Of a stretch of 64,000 nucleotides of DNA, positions 13,093-26,280 are shown one piece after another. The notes under the pieces were generated by a model that saw only the letters and a list, made by a program, of their open reading frames with translations, made no database searches and was not told where the DNA came from. Within the stretch, counting starts at the first letter, position 1, and each line of letters begins with the position of its first letter. The position numbers and the translations under genes are program-made. Origin of the DNA: Octopus sinensis (Eukaryota); contig NC_043003.1 in assembly GCF_006345805.1 (NCBI RefSeq), positions 8,742,001 to 8,806,000 of the forward strand, read 5' to 3'.

Positions 13093-13346
13093 TATCATTA
13101 TTATTGTCTTTGCACAGACTCTAACGCTTGGAGATGTACTACAGTGTTAGCTGTTCACTACCAGTGAACTAAGGTAACAACCCTTATTTTTCGAGCACCT
13201 TCCGGAGTATCATAATAATAATAATTATTATTTAAGATGTTGCACAGTAACCAATATCACAAGGTTGTTGATTGAAGATATTGTGTCTACCTGGGGTTTG
13301 TACTGTCTGTCAAGTCACAAGAACCTGAGACACACTGTACATAACG

Positions 13347-13418
<72 letters not shown>

Positions 13419-13420
13419 GA
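12420..13420. repeat. Compound (TAA)n/(TAG)n/(GAT)n microsatellite field containing short retroposon 3' tips
   Basis: Directly visible repeats; the segment at 12760-12880 recurs at 13740-13845. Confidence 0.85.
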
Positions 13421-13900
13421 GTGAGAGAGCAGCACTTGCCATCAATGTCACGCTGGGGTGCAAATATATCAAACCCAATACACCAATCAAAATTACCCGC
13501 CTGTTAAGGATATAACAGGCACCTGCATCACAACCATATCTGCGCGACATACGGACCTCATATCACGATAAACAGCACATGACCTTGTAGGTGAGGCCCA
13601 ATTAGAATTTCTTTAGGTCGAGTAGCCCATCCCGCTCAGAAGTCTCTGAATAAGGATTGTTTAAGGGTGATGAACGAAACGCCCATGTTTTTAGAAATGA
13701 ATTATTCAAACCCCCAAAGAATTCCTATCAAAACTTGGCTATTATTATTTATTTATCTATTTATTTATTTTTAATCTGCATGTTTGTTACAATCACCTGC
13801 CGAGACACACCCAGTGTCCTGAGGCGAGTGAAAGATAAGAGATAAGGGACATGATCGTTTGATTAAGGTCAAACAACTGACAAGCAAATCTGTGATATTA
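13420..13900 (-). mobile_element. (TAA)n-associated non-coding retroposon segment (same family as 56850-57285)
   Basis: Reverse complement aligns with 56850-57285, ends ...CTGCTCTCTCACTCAATAATAAT and sits directly against (TAA)n. Confidence 0.75.
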
Positions 13901-14119
13901 AGCAGAATATTTACTGTAGCCCACCTTTTACACTTAGACAAAGAAGTCGAGCAGAATATTTGCTGAAGTCTAAAGAAGGAAATAGTGAGATGACGGAATC
14001 GTTAGGACGCCGGACAAAATGATTAGCGGCATTTCGTCTTTACGTTCTGAGTTCAAATAGCGCCTAAATCGACTTTGCCTTTCATTCTTTCGGGCTCAAT
14101 AAAAACTCTGGAATTCTTT

Positions 14120-14333
14120 TATTCTTTTATACTTTTACTTGTCTCAGTCATTTGACTGCGGCCATGTTGGAGCACTGCCTTTAGTCGAACGAGCAAATCG
14201 ACCCCAGGACTTATTCTTTGTAAGCCTAGTCCTTATTCTATCGGTCTCTTTTGCTGAAACGCTAAGTTACGGGGACGTAGACACACCAGCATCGGTTGTC
14301 AAGCGACGTTGGGGGGACAAACACAGATACACA

Positions 14334-14368
<35 letters not shown>

Positions 14369-14535
14369 CATATATACGACGGGCTTCTTTCAGTTTCCGT
14401 CTACCAAATCCACTCACAAGGCTTTGGTCGACCCGAAGCCGAAAAACACTTGCCCAAGGTACCAAGCAGTGGGACTGAACCCGGAACCATGTAGTTAGTA
14501 AGCAAGCTACTTACCACACAGCCACTCCTGCACCT
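14120..14535 (-). mobile_element. SINE family B
   Basis: Full head-to-tail match to the family B consensus. Confidence 0.9.
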
Positions 14536-14926
14536 GTATTAATTTACTTACTGGCAAATTTTTCTGGGTGTCTCTTCTTTTGCCATTTTCCGATTAAGCA
14601 GAAGCAAATGAATTTTATAAAGGTTTCCCCAGCGCAGCAAAGCAAACGAATTTGCTTCTACCTTATTAACTGAACGAATATATTTAATATATCTCTTGTG
14701 CAGGACTTGTATAGTGAGCCTATGATACGGGCTGGCATGGCTGTGTGGCAAGAAGTCTGCTTCCCAACCACGTGGTTCCAGGTTCAATCCCACTGCATAG
14801 CACCTTAGGCAAGTGTGTTCTAATATAGCCTCGGGCCAAGCAAAGCCTTGTGAGTGGAATTGATTGACGAGAACTGAAAGAAGCTCGTCGTCTGTCTATC
14901 TATCTATTTATCTGTCTATCTATCTT

Positions 14927-14964
<38 letters not shown>

Positions 14965-15224
14965 ATCTATTCATCATCTATCTATTCTCTATCTATCTAT
15001 CTATCTATCTATCATCTTTGTGTTTGTGTGTGCGTGTGCGTGTATTATATATATATATTATATATATAATATATATATATATATATAATGTAAAATTGAA
15101 TACATGCACACCTGTATTTGTAGCCATGAGCATACATATTGATATAAGTGCGTGTGTATACATATACATACATACATTAATTTATATATATATATGCATA
15201 TATATTCATATTTATATATATATA

Positions 15225-15273
<49 letters not shown>

Positions 15274-15297
15274 TATATATATATTATATATTCATAT

Positions 15298-15344
<47 letters not shown>

Positions 15345-15377
15345 GAATATATGTGCATATATATATATGTAGGTATT

Positions 15378-15428
<51 letters not shown>

Positions 15429-15429
15429 T

Positions 15430-15460
<31 letters not shown>

Positions 15461-16068
15461 TATATCTTTATGTATGTATATACATACATACATACATACA
15501 TACATACATACATACATACATACATCATACCCGTACATACTCTCACCCTCTCGCACGCGCACACAGACACACACACATTTTGAAGTTATAACAAAAAGCC
15601 TGAATCTGAAAAAGTCAGCTTGAAACAGTTAAACGGAATGAATAAGTGCCACCTCTTTTCTTTTTCTTTTTCTTTTTCTTTTTCATTTTCTTTTTCTTTT
15701 TCTTTTTCTTTTTCTTTTCTCTTCTATTTCGTTTATTTCGAAACAACTTTTTTGGTTCCAAGGAAATAACATTTTTGTGACGAAAAATGATAAGATATTT
15801 TGAATAGAAGAACCGAACTTAGCCGCATGAAAAGCAGACAAGTATTACTAAAGCGTTGAAATATGTACAATATTTTTACACTTACACACATCACAGGATG
15901 ACTACGCGCGATAAGACAGTTATATAATAATAATCGATTGAAAAGAAAAAGTTTACTAATAAATTAAGCGAGCCAAAAGGAAAATTATTGAAAGAGTACT
16001 TCACTATTAAAAGGGGTGTAACATGTTTTGTAAATTATGGAAAGTTGAACATACATGAAATCTCAAAT

Positions 16069-16720
16069 GCTGCGAGCTGGCAGAAATGTTAGCACGCCGG
16101 GCGAAATGCGTAGCCGTATTTCACCTGCCGCTACGTTCTGAGTTCAAATTCCATCGAGGTCGACTTAGCCTTTCATCCTTTCGGGGTCGATAAATTAAGG
16201 ACCAGTTACGCACTGGGGTCATGTAATCGACTTAATCCCTTTGTCTGTCCTTGTTTGTCCCCTCTATGTTTGGCCCCTTGTGGGTAATAAAGAAATAAGA
16301 ATCGTTAGCACTCCGGGCGAAATGTTTAGCGGTATTTCTTCTGTCTTTACGTTCTGAGTTCAAATTCCGCCGAAATCGACTTTGCCTTTCATCCTTTCAG
16401 GTCTGACAAATTAAGTACCCGTTGCCTACAGGGGTCGATCTAATCGACTGGCCCCTCTCCTCAAAAATTTCGGGCCTTGTGCATAGAGTAGAAAAGAATA
16501 TTTAAAGGCTGCGAGCTGGCAGAAACGTTAGCACTCCGGGCGAAATGCTTAGCAATATTTCATTTTTACGTTCTGAGTTCAAATTCCGCCGAGTTCGGTT
16601 TTTGCCTTCTATCCTTTCGGGGTCTATAAATTAAGTACCAGTTGCGTACTGAGGTTGTTCTAATTGAATGGTTTCCTCCCACAAAATTTCAAGCCTTGTG
16701 CCTAGAGTAGAAAAGAATAT
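16069..16720 (+). mobile_element. SINE family A cluster (A2 module + A1, then a second A1)
   Basis: Heads GCTGCGAGCTGGCAGAAA at about 16069 and 16509; A1 tails ending TAGAGTAGAAAAGAATA. Confidence 0.88.
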
Positions 16721-16869
16721 GGCATTTTGTCCACCTTTATGTTCTGAGTTCGAATTCTCCCGGGGTCGATTTTTGTCTCTGATCCATCTCGGGGTGGATA
16801 AAATAAGTATTAGTTTTGTACTTGGGGCGAATATATGGAGAATGAAAAGATTGGAATTTGGCGGAACAG

Positions 16870-17180
16870 AATCACTGTCCTGAGATTCGCTCGATCAAGT
16901 AAGCATATAATCATCTGGACATCACTGTCTCAAGTCCTAGGACTCAAGGGGTCAGTTACCCAGTTTCCATGGCGTATAAGTAACCGAGATGACAACATTC
17001 CCCTGAACGGGACACCAGTCTGTCGCGAAATGGACTGGTAACCATTTACAACTGAATGGACTGGAGCAACGTGAAATGAAATGTTTTGCTCAAGAACATG
17101 ACGCACCGACTAGTGCTGAAATCGAAATCAAGATCTTGTAACCGAGAACACAACACCCTAACCACTAGGCCACGGTCTTT
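16870..17180 (-). mobile_element. Old tRNA-derived SINE, same family as 7190-7440
   Basis: Shared central block and TGGACTGGAGCAACGTGAAAT...GCTCAAGAAC domain. Confidence 0.6.
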
Positions 17181-17594
17181 CACCTCCTCCGTCAAGACAC
17201 TCCTGGAACTAAACAACAACATACAACGAAGTAATTAAGATAGATATCTAATAGCGGGTCACATTTCAATGTTGTATGAGCAAGGTCATCAGTTACTGAA
17301 TGTTAACAGACATTTAATCTGATGTAATGCAATATTTATAGTAAAGGAGCGACGGAGTAAGAAGATGAAAGAAAGAAATGCGCAAATAAAAAGACCAGGG
17401 ACTAGGTTCAGACATGGGAGTGTGGTTAAGAAGCTGGTTTTGCAACCATTTGGCTTCAGGTTCAGTCCTACTGATTGGTATCTCGGGCACGTGTCTTCTA
17501 CAATAGTCTCCGGGCGACCAATGTCATGTTACTGAATTTGGTATATATATATATTTATATTTATATTTATATATTCGCTATGATAGATAGGTAG

Positions 17595-17755
17595 CCACTA
17601 CACACATTTTTTCTCTCCTTGTTTCTTTCTGTGTTCCTTTCCGTAGAAGAGGGTAGGCTCGAAACGTTAAATACTTTTTCAATTCCCGAGCGTTATACTA
17701 ATACATCTGTTTGTTTTCTACACCATCTGTCTTCGTCTTTTGTTTCTTTCGTGAA

Positions 17756-17760
<5 letters not shown>
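17595..17760 (+). mobile_element. Penelope-like pseudo-LTR fragment (P1)
   Basis: Homologous to 1-140; hammerhead-like block at 17637-17671. Confidence 0.6.
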
Positions 17761-17804
<44 letters not shown>

Positions 17805-17842
17805 CCTCTCTCTCTCTCTCTCTCTCTCGCTCTCCCTCTCTC

Positions 17843-17892
<50 letters not shown>

Positions 17893-18387
17893 CACACACA
17901 CAGGATGGCCTGAAAGTAGGTTTACAGTTATCATGTTGGCACTTTAAATTTCTTTTAAAACATTTTATTGCACATAAATTTCTATCTTACAAATAACTAA
18001 ATTGGCATAGAATAATGGTTTCATATCTTTTTTATAATAAAGATCTAAATTGTTAATATAGGAATGCGAAAAGAGATAGTTGAATAACTGTAAACCCACT
18101 TTTGGGCCACCCTTACTATATAACCAGTGTTATCCAAGGGAAAGGCAAGGTCCGATACAGCTTGTTACCTGTGACGTCGCAACTCATTTCTACGGCTGAG
18201 TGAACTGGAGCAACGTGAAATAAAGTATGTTTCTCAAGAACACAACACGCAGCCCGGTCCGGGATTCGAACTCACAACCTCACGCTCGACGCTCTAATCA
18301 CTGAGCCATGTGCCTTCACACACACACACACGCACACACACACACACACACACATACACATACACACACTCACACACACACATATAT

Positions 18388-18540
18388 TTCTCTCCTTGTA
18401 TTTTTTTGTGTCCCTTTCTTTAGAAGAGCGGAGGCTCGAAACGTAAAAGACGTTTCTATTCCTGAGGCGTTATACTAATACATCTGTTGTTTGTACACCA
18501 CCCGTCTTCGTCTTTTGTTTTTTTCGTAAACTCTCCCTAT
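18388..18540 (+). mobile_element. Penelope-like pseudo-LTR fragment (P1)
   Basis: Homologous to 1-140; hammerhead-like block at 18414-18449. Confidence 0.6.
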
Positions 18541-18570
18541 ATATAATAAATAAAAGATATATATATATCT

Positions 18571-18622
<52 letters not shown>

Positions 18623-19800
18623 CACTCACATACATACATACATAAATACATACATACATACATACATACATACATACATACATACATACATACATACATT
18701 CATAATACATACATACATTCATACATACATACATTCATACATACATACATACATACATACATTCATACATTCATACATACATACATACATACATTCATAC
18801 ATACATACATAATACATACATACATACATACATTCATACATACATACATATATAAACTTATCGTTAATAAACGCTGGTAGTGAAAGAAATGCTTTCTAAA
18901 TAAACAACAGATAAAAAAGAAGTATAAGTGACCTGAGGTGATTTGGCCTGAGGTTATGTAGTCTGAGGACTCACAGGAGGAGTCACCAGGTGTAGTGAAT
19001 GAATTGCAAACATTGGTGAATGATAGTAATAGTAATGTGTGTGTGTTTTGTTGATTGTCGATTCGGTTGGGTTATTCTTTCTGTTTTCTCACTGGAAACT
19101 CAAACGCCGTCTTCATCGAGGAAGTCCTTTGTTGATATATTTTCTGTTTTTTTTTTTTTTACGTCTTACGGTCAAACTGGGACAATGCCTTGAAGAATTC
19201 TGGCGGAACAAATTGTCCTCAGTACTTTTTAAAAGCCTAGTACTTATTCTATCAATCACTATTGCCGAATCGCCATGTTACGGGAATGTAACCACACCGG
19301 TCATGAAGCGTTGGTGGGGGGATAAACACACACACACAAACACACACACACGACGGGTTTTCTACAGTTTCCGTTTACCAAATCCTCTCAAAAGGCTGTG
19401 CTCGGCCCCGAGGCTACAACAGAAAACACTTGCCTAAAGTGCCACGCAGTGGGACTGAACCCGGAACCATGTGACTGGACAGCAGATTTCCTATCACACA
19501 GCCACACCTCGATGGAGGAGACCGACGATCAATAACGTTATCGCTATGACTTCGTCGTCTATTACTTATCCAGTTATCCATTTATTTATTATGTGGAAGG
19601 TACGTGGCTTAGTTGCTGTGTATTCGGTTCATGATCGTAAGGTCGTGAGTTCGATTCCCCGCCATGCGTTGTGTCCTCGAGATAGTCAGGTTATTTCCCG
19701 TTCCTCCAGTTCACTCCACAGACAAAAATTAAGTAGTACCTGTAATTCAAAGGGGCCAGCCTTGTCACATTCTGTGTCAGGCTGAATCTACCCGAGAGCT

Positions 19801-20092
19801 ATCATCATCATCATCATCATCATCATTGCTCGACCGTGGTCGAGACAATGGAATTTACCATGCTACGCCAGACTTCACGGTCCATCATGGCATTACGGAG
19901 GTCCTGTTGCCGGATGCCTGTATCCCTGGAGATTACATCAGGGTAGGAGAGTGTGCGCCCTCTGGTATTGCGAGTAGATGGCTTCCAGAGGAGAAGAGTA
20001 GAAATTACCTCTTTTTCAGCTCTACAACAATGTCCAGCAAACTGGACTCTCCTACCTTTCACAACATCGATCGTTCTCGTTCTTTACCAAAC
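19801..20092 (-). mobile_element. RTE-superfamily LINE 3' fragment with (GAT)n tail
   Basis: ORF 19823-20062 gives ...RRVQFAGHCCR...RGRTLSYPDVISRDTG...AMMDREVWR, a typical RTE C-terminus; followed directly by (GAT)n. Confidence 0.85.
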
Positions 20093-20181
20093 GAGAACTA
20101 TATTAAGACTACACGTGTTTGTGGCGTACTCAGCCACTTGCACGTTAATTTCACGAGCAGGCTGTTCCATCGATCGGATCA

Positions 20182-20380
20182 GCCGTTCAAGAATTTAGAC
20201 CTGGGGATCTCCATTTCCAGCGAATTCGAGGGCCACCTCCCAGTGGTGTCGGGCGTCAACGAAGAGCCCTTGACCAAAGTTTTTTGTTTTATTTTTTTTC
20301 CAAGATCTGGGGTCTCCCGCCCCTAATCCCTAGACCATCACCTAATCACCCTTACCCGTCTTGTTGCTTAACAACAACAA
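20182..20380 (+). mobile_element. 5'-truncated LINE 3' end (probably CR1/L2-like) with (CAA)n tail
   Basis: 14-bp TSD CATCGATCGGATCA at 20168-20181 and 20381-20394. Clade is a weak guess. Confidence 0.7.
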
Positions 20381-21087
20381 CATCGATCGGATCAACTGGA
20401 ACACTCGTTGTCATAAATAATTGACGGCCAATAAATTAATTATATATTTGTTTATTGGTCATCAAGGACTACTTTATCCAATTACGTTTCATTGTTTATG
20501 TTGGTAGGGTGATTTGAAGGACACTTAGCTGTTATTTATTACAAATCGAAAACAGGAAAGAAACCTCTTAAATTACATTATCGTCAGTGTTATTTTATTT
20601 ACAAAACATTTAAAATACATTTTGAAGATAGTTAAGTGATTTTTTATCAGTTTTATTTTATTATCGTCTGCCTTTTACTTGTTTTAGTCATTGGACTGCG
20701 GCCATGCTGTGGCACCGCTTTGAAGGATTAAAATCGACGCCAGTACTTAATTTTTAAAAATCTTATACTTATTATGTCGATTGTTCTTTGCCAAGCCGTT
20801 AAGTTACAGAGACGTAAACAAACCTATACGGGGTGTAAAGAGGTGATGGGTGGGAGGGATGCAGTTTCCGTCTCCCAGATTTGCTCATAAGGCATTGGTG
20901 AGCCCGGGGCTATAATAGAAAAGATTTGCTCATGCGTCGCGCGCTGAGATTGAACCCGTAAACAAGTGGTTGCAAAATGAGCTTCTTAACCACACAGAAA
21001 TGCCGACACCTTTAATTCAATATTTCATATTCCTTTATTCCATTTACTTATTTCAGTCATTTGACTGTGGCGATGCTGGAGCACCAC

Positions 21088-21132
<45 letters not shown>

Positions 21133-21234
21133 CAAGCACTGGGGTAGATGTAACCGACAAGCCCCACCACCACCACCACCAAATTTCAGACCATGGACCT
21201 CTATAGTACATAGGATATATTTTAAAAATTATTC

Positions 21235-21451
21235 TTTCGTTGTTTTACTTATTTCAGTCATTTGACTGCGGCCATGCTGCAGTTCCGCCTCTAGTCGAAG
21301 AAATCTATCCGCGGGACTTATTCATTGTAAGCCAGGTACCTAATCTATCGGTCTTTTTTTTTTACCTAACCGTTAGATTGCGGAGACGTAAAAAACCAAC
21401 ATTGGTTGTCAAGCGATGGCGCGGTACAAACACCAGAGACACAATTATACA

Positions 21452-21489
<38 letters not shown>

Positions 21490-21491
21490 AA

Positions 21492-21532
<41 letters not shown>

Positions 21533-21543
21533 TATATTATATA

Positions 21544-21577
<34 letters not shown>

Positions 21578-21748
21578 CGACGGGCTTCTTTCAGTTTCCG
21601 TCTCAAATCCACTCACAGGGCTTTGTCGGCCCAAGGCTATAGTAGAAGACACTTGTCCAGGGTGCAACGCAGTGGAACTGAACCCGGACCATGTAGTTGG
21701 GAAGCAACATTCTTACATAGTCACGCCTGCGCCTATATATGTATATAT

Positions 21749-21791
<43 letters not shown>

Positions 21792-21994
21792 TATATTTAT
21801 TATATATATTATTATATATATAATATTATATACGATGGGCTTCTTTCAGTTTCCGTTTACCAAATCCACTCACAGGGCTTTGGTCGGCCCAAGGCTATAG
21901 TAGAAGACACTTGTCCAGGGTGCAACGCAGTGGAACTGAACCCGGGACCATGTAGTTGGGAAGCAACATTCTTACATAGTCACGCCTGCGCCTA

Positions 21995-22000
<6 letters not shown>
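21235..22000 (-). mobile_element. SINE family B with its 5' half duplicated in tandem (~255-bp period)
   Basis: 21577-21745 repeated at 21832-22000 with shared private variants (GGGTGCAACGCAGTGGAACTG). Confidence 0.85.
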
Positions 22001-22026
<26 letters not shown>

Positions 22027-22202
22027 ACATTAGGGAGTACAACTCCAAACCTATAAGGAAAAATTCAATTTAGTATTAGATCAAATTTCACAGTATAAAT
22101 ATATAAACTATAAATTAGAGATAAAACCGCTATTATGCAACTCAAACAGTGAAAGACATAAACCAAAACATAAATAACAAATAATATATATATATATATA
22201 TA

Positions 22203-22579
22203 TCTCTATATAAACGGCAGTTTGTCTGTGCGTTTTCTGTGTGTCTGTTTTCTCGTACCCTCACTCTGACCACGGCTTTCAACCGATTCTGATGAAACTT
22301 GACACACACATAGCCCAATGTCATAATTCAAAACTAACGCAGCGAAAATTTTGAAAAGTTCCCCCAGTTCTGAAAAAAATCGATAAATTCGACATGGGGT
22401 CGAGAATCAGAAACACAAACCACAGACCGTCTAGGGGACGCAACTCCACCTTTTTTAACTAAAAAAAAATTTACCATAATTTTTTTCCATTTTTTTGCTA
22501 TTTTCTGGCTATAACTCTCTAAAAATGCTTTATAGTTATTTCCCTTACAAACCTGAGCAACGCCGGGCGATACTGCTAG
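22203..22579 (+). mobile_element. Non-autonomous Helitron (second 5' type)
   Basis: A^TC start; CTAG^T end after CCTGAGCAACGCCGGGCGATACTG. Confidence 0.85.
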
Positions 22580-22645
22580 TTGAATATATAACTTATAACT
22601 AGATCTTGAGCTGCATAATAGTGGTTTTATCTCTAATTGATATTT

Positions 22646-22676
<31 letters not shown>

Positions 22677-22737
22677 TTGTATTCATACATACATCGACTC
22701 CACACCTTGAGAATCTTGCAGAGCAAATTCATAAACT

Positions 22738-22793
<56 letters not shown>

Positions 22794-23749
22794 CGTGCGT
22801 GTGTGCGCGTGTGCGTGCGTGCGTGTGTGTGTGTGTGTGTGTGTACAAGCATACATGTATATACAATATTTGTTTCAAATTCTATACAAAGCCGGAAATT
22901 TTGGGAGCGTGGATTAGTCGATTACATCGATCCATGTTTTCAACTGCTACCTACTTCATGGACCCCCGAAAATTTGAACTCAGAACGTAGAGCCAGACGA
23001 AATGCTACGTACCATTTTACCCGGTGCGGTAACGATTCCGCCAGCTCACCGTCTTTTTTTTCATTAAATTTTTTTTTTAAGAAAATATATTATGATATTG
23101 TAATTTGAAGGTGTAAAAATGTGTCAGTTTAATTTCATCGGCTGTTTGCATCACAGTATACGGAAATTACATTTTACCTCTAATATGAGAAAATGAGCAC
23201 CAGCCACCTACTGATGAAACCGCAGTCCTCTCTCCCTCCAATTGTGACATGCTTGGCATGCTGCTGAGTCAAGGGCCGATGCCGTGAGAGCAGGGTGAGT
23301 CTCTGTCATGCCACGACTAATTCAGGCGCCTGAAAGCATATAAACAGAATATAGAATATCTCTATTGTTTGGTATGGCAGATATATATAGTTACCACACT
23401 GAATGACACCAAACATAATAACGTAACTGCACCCAACGTCCTCAATAAATATAATAGAATATTGCTTATCATTCTTGCTTAACGTATTTTTCACAGTTCT
23501 GACTAAGATATTTCCCCCGACATAATTGTGTAGTCTTCAGTAATTATATATGTATTTAGTATTCATTTTTGGTGTTTTTTTATGCATATTGATGTTACTG
23601 AGATCTTGAACAGCACTGACCGATCTTTGGTCAAATGGCATTCTAGTCATGGTCGTACTTATCTCAGACTCTGTATATCTGACGGTCATTTAGGGAACAC
23701 ACTTGATCCCCTATCAGCTCAACCCGAGTTCAATTAAAGCTAAACATCA

Positions 23750-23914
23750 ACGGCTGTGTGGTAAGATGTTTGCTTCTCAGACACTGTCCTGGGTTCAGTC
23801 CCACTGCATGGCTCCTTGGGCACGTTTCTGCTATAGCCTCGGGCAGACCAAAGCTTTGTGTGTGGATTTGGTAGACAGAAACAGAAAGAAGCCCTTCGTA
23901 CTCATATATATATA

Positions 23915-23961
<47 letters not shown>

Positions 23962-24190
23962 GTGTGTTGTGTGTGTGTGTGTGTGTGTGTTGTGTGTGTG
24001 TGTGTGTGAGTGTGTGTGTGTGTTTATGTATGTGTGTCTTTGCGTTTGTCTTTGGCCCCACCACCACTTGGTAACCAATGTGAGTTTGTTTACGTCACTG
24101 TTAGCGATTCGGCAAATAAGACCGATAGAATAAATACCGATTCGTGCCTCAGTATGGCCGCAGTCTAATGACTGAAACAAGTAAAAAGAT
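23750..24190 (+). mobile_element. SINE family B variant
   Basis: Head GGCTGTGTGGTAAG...GGGTTCAGTCCC, internal microsatellite, tail CAGTATGGCCGCAGTCTAATGACTGAAACAAG. Confidence 0.85.
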
Positions 24191-24477
24191 CAAAGATTAA
24201 AAACCAATAAATCCATTTTCTTTATTCTTTTATTCTTTTGTTCTTTTATTTGTTTCAGTCATTTGACTGCGGCCATGCTGGAGCACCGCCTTTAGTCGAA
24301 CGAATCGACCCCAGAAGTTATTCTTTGTAAGCCAAGTACTTATTCTATCGGTCTGTTTTTGCCGAACTACTAAGTGACGGGGGCATAAGCACACCAACAT
24401 CGGTTGTCAAGCGATGGGGGTAGTGGTGGCAAACATACAAAAATAACAAACACACACACACACACATATATATATAT

Positions 24478-25318
24478 TGATACGAGGTCAGTCGGAGAAA
24501 AAGTCCTGTGACCTAGTTTCGTGGTTTGGTGCCGGACAAAGTGGGGAAAGCTTTTGTCCTGTCATTTCTAGGGAAATTAATTAGGTTGGAAGATACATCT
24601 GACCCTTATCCGGTCAAGCAAAGTTTAAGAAAAAATAAATCTACCACCCTTTAAAATGCGGCGAGCTGGGGTTTGTTGATCAGTTGGCGAGAGGGTCGAT
24701 ACAGAGATGACAGTTGGCAAGAGGCGGGAAGGACAGGCAGATAGTATTGAGGACATGTCAAGCGAAAGGAACTAAGGGAGATTACGGTGAGAAGGCTGGA
24801 TTGCTGTAGTAGGAGTTTGTAACGAGAAAATGTGCGGTAATGTTTTATTTATGTTTTTGGTGTTGAAATGTAAAAAGAATTGAGTCAGAAATAAAGAACT
24901 TGTGAGTTGTGTCAAAAAAAAAAAAAGAAAAGAACATTGTGTTAAAAAAGAATTGTTGAAGGGAAGAGAAAGACTTTAATGTGAACTGTTTTTCGAACTC
25001 TGTATTGTGCATGCATTGACTGTTGTTTTTTCTTTTTTTAATTCTGTATTTTCTTTAATGTATCTGATATGTATCACGTTTTATTTGATGTTGTAACAAT
25101 TGTATAAACTGTTGTTAAATGTAAGCAACTGCTTTCCGCCGTGTCTCTCTCTTCCTGTTGTTGTTGTTGTTGTTGTTATCTCCGGTTACTGGTCTGTGTT
25201 CGCTGCCATCTCCACCAGCGTTTTCTGTGGCGGATTCCGTTTGACTGAACCTGGTCATCGTCGTCGCTCGACTTAGTAGGGTCCCGAGTTCGAGTTGAGC
25301 GACGGCAGGTTCGTAACA
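24478..25318 (+). mobile_element. Solo LTR (841 bp), probably Gypsy-type
   Basis: TG...CA termini with imperfect inverted ends TGATACGAG / TTCGTAACA; internal AATAAA near 24885; ATAT on both sides within (TA)n. No primer-binding site or internal ORF. Orientation uncertain. Confidence 0.75.
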
Positions 25319-25480
25319 ATATATATAAGTTCAATTAAAGGTTAAAAACCTCATTATGGGACCATAAAATCCAATGAATATAATGGTTTATTACCTATCA
25401 CAAAAAATATTGAATATTACATTTAATATTCAACTATAAGGTAATTGGATAAACCAGAGTTTATATATATTTTTAAGAAA

Positions 25481-25880
25481 ATAAGAAAATAGAGATAATT
25501 AAATTAATAATTATTTATTAATTACAAAATTGGACATCATCTCTGACAGCTGTTTCGATTCAAGACTTTATAAATTAATTAGTATAATTAAAAACATTTT
25601 AAAGTTGAATCTCAGCAGAGGTGGAAAAAGATATACCTTTACATTTTCATACTATTGTGTGTTGAGTGTAGGGAGAAAATCGGTTAACTGAGCTAGATTT
25701 GCTCCCTACACTCAACACAATGTAAAGGTATATATTTTCCCACCTCCGATGAGATTCAACTTCAAAATGTTTTCATTATACTAATTAATTTCTAAAGTTG
25801 AATCGAAACAGCTGTCAGAGATGATGTCCAATTTTGTAATTAATAAATAATTATTAATTTAATTATCTCTATTTTCTTAT
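25481..25880. repeat. ~400-bp palindrome made of two inverted Penelope-like, hammerhead-bearing arms
   Basis: Arms 25481-25681 and 25696-25880 are reverse complements around a 14-nt spacer; the left arm carries a short extra segment. Confidence 0.88.
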
Positions 25881-25899
25881 ATATATATATATTAAGATA

Positions 25900-26280
25900 T
25901 GTAGAAAAATACAAACAGGGACAAGAACGTATAACTCTTAGAAGACGATACAATAAACACGGACAGGACATTCGAAGCCCTCAGTCTTCTGTCAAGAACC
26001 GGATCATCGTAGTAATTTCGGCTGATTAATCTTGAGATTACTAGATCCGGCCAGCCCTCCAAGAAAAACTAAGCAACGAGCATTAGAAAAACTAAGCTGG
26101 GAGCGTAGATTTCCTGGAAGAAGGATCGAATGCATACGAACACCGGGACAGCAAAAAGGACGAATATAAAAAGCAAAAAACAATAATGGAATACAAAAAC
26201 ATGAAATACAAAAGCAATAACGGTGAAAACAACAAGTGTCTTACGACTAATAACAGTGCAAACAAATTTGGCTGGCGTAT
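25900..26280 (-). mobile_element. Probable Penelope-like terminal repeat fragment
   Basis: Resembles the other pseudo-LTR families in composition and position next to (TA)n; no coding signal. Confidence 0.35.

Larger units (their letters stand above)
19600..20410 (+). mobile_element. SINE family C2 split by two nested LINE fragments
   Basis: Head at about 19600-19800; tail pieces resume at about 20093-20181 and 20381-20410. Confidence 0.75.
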
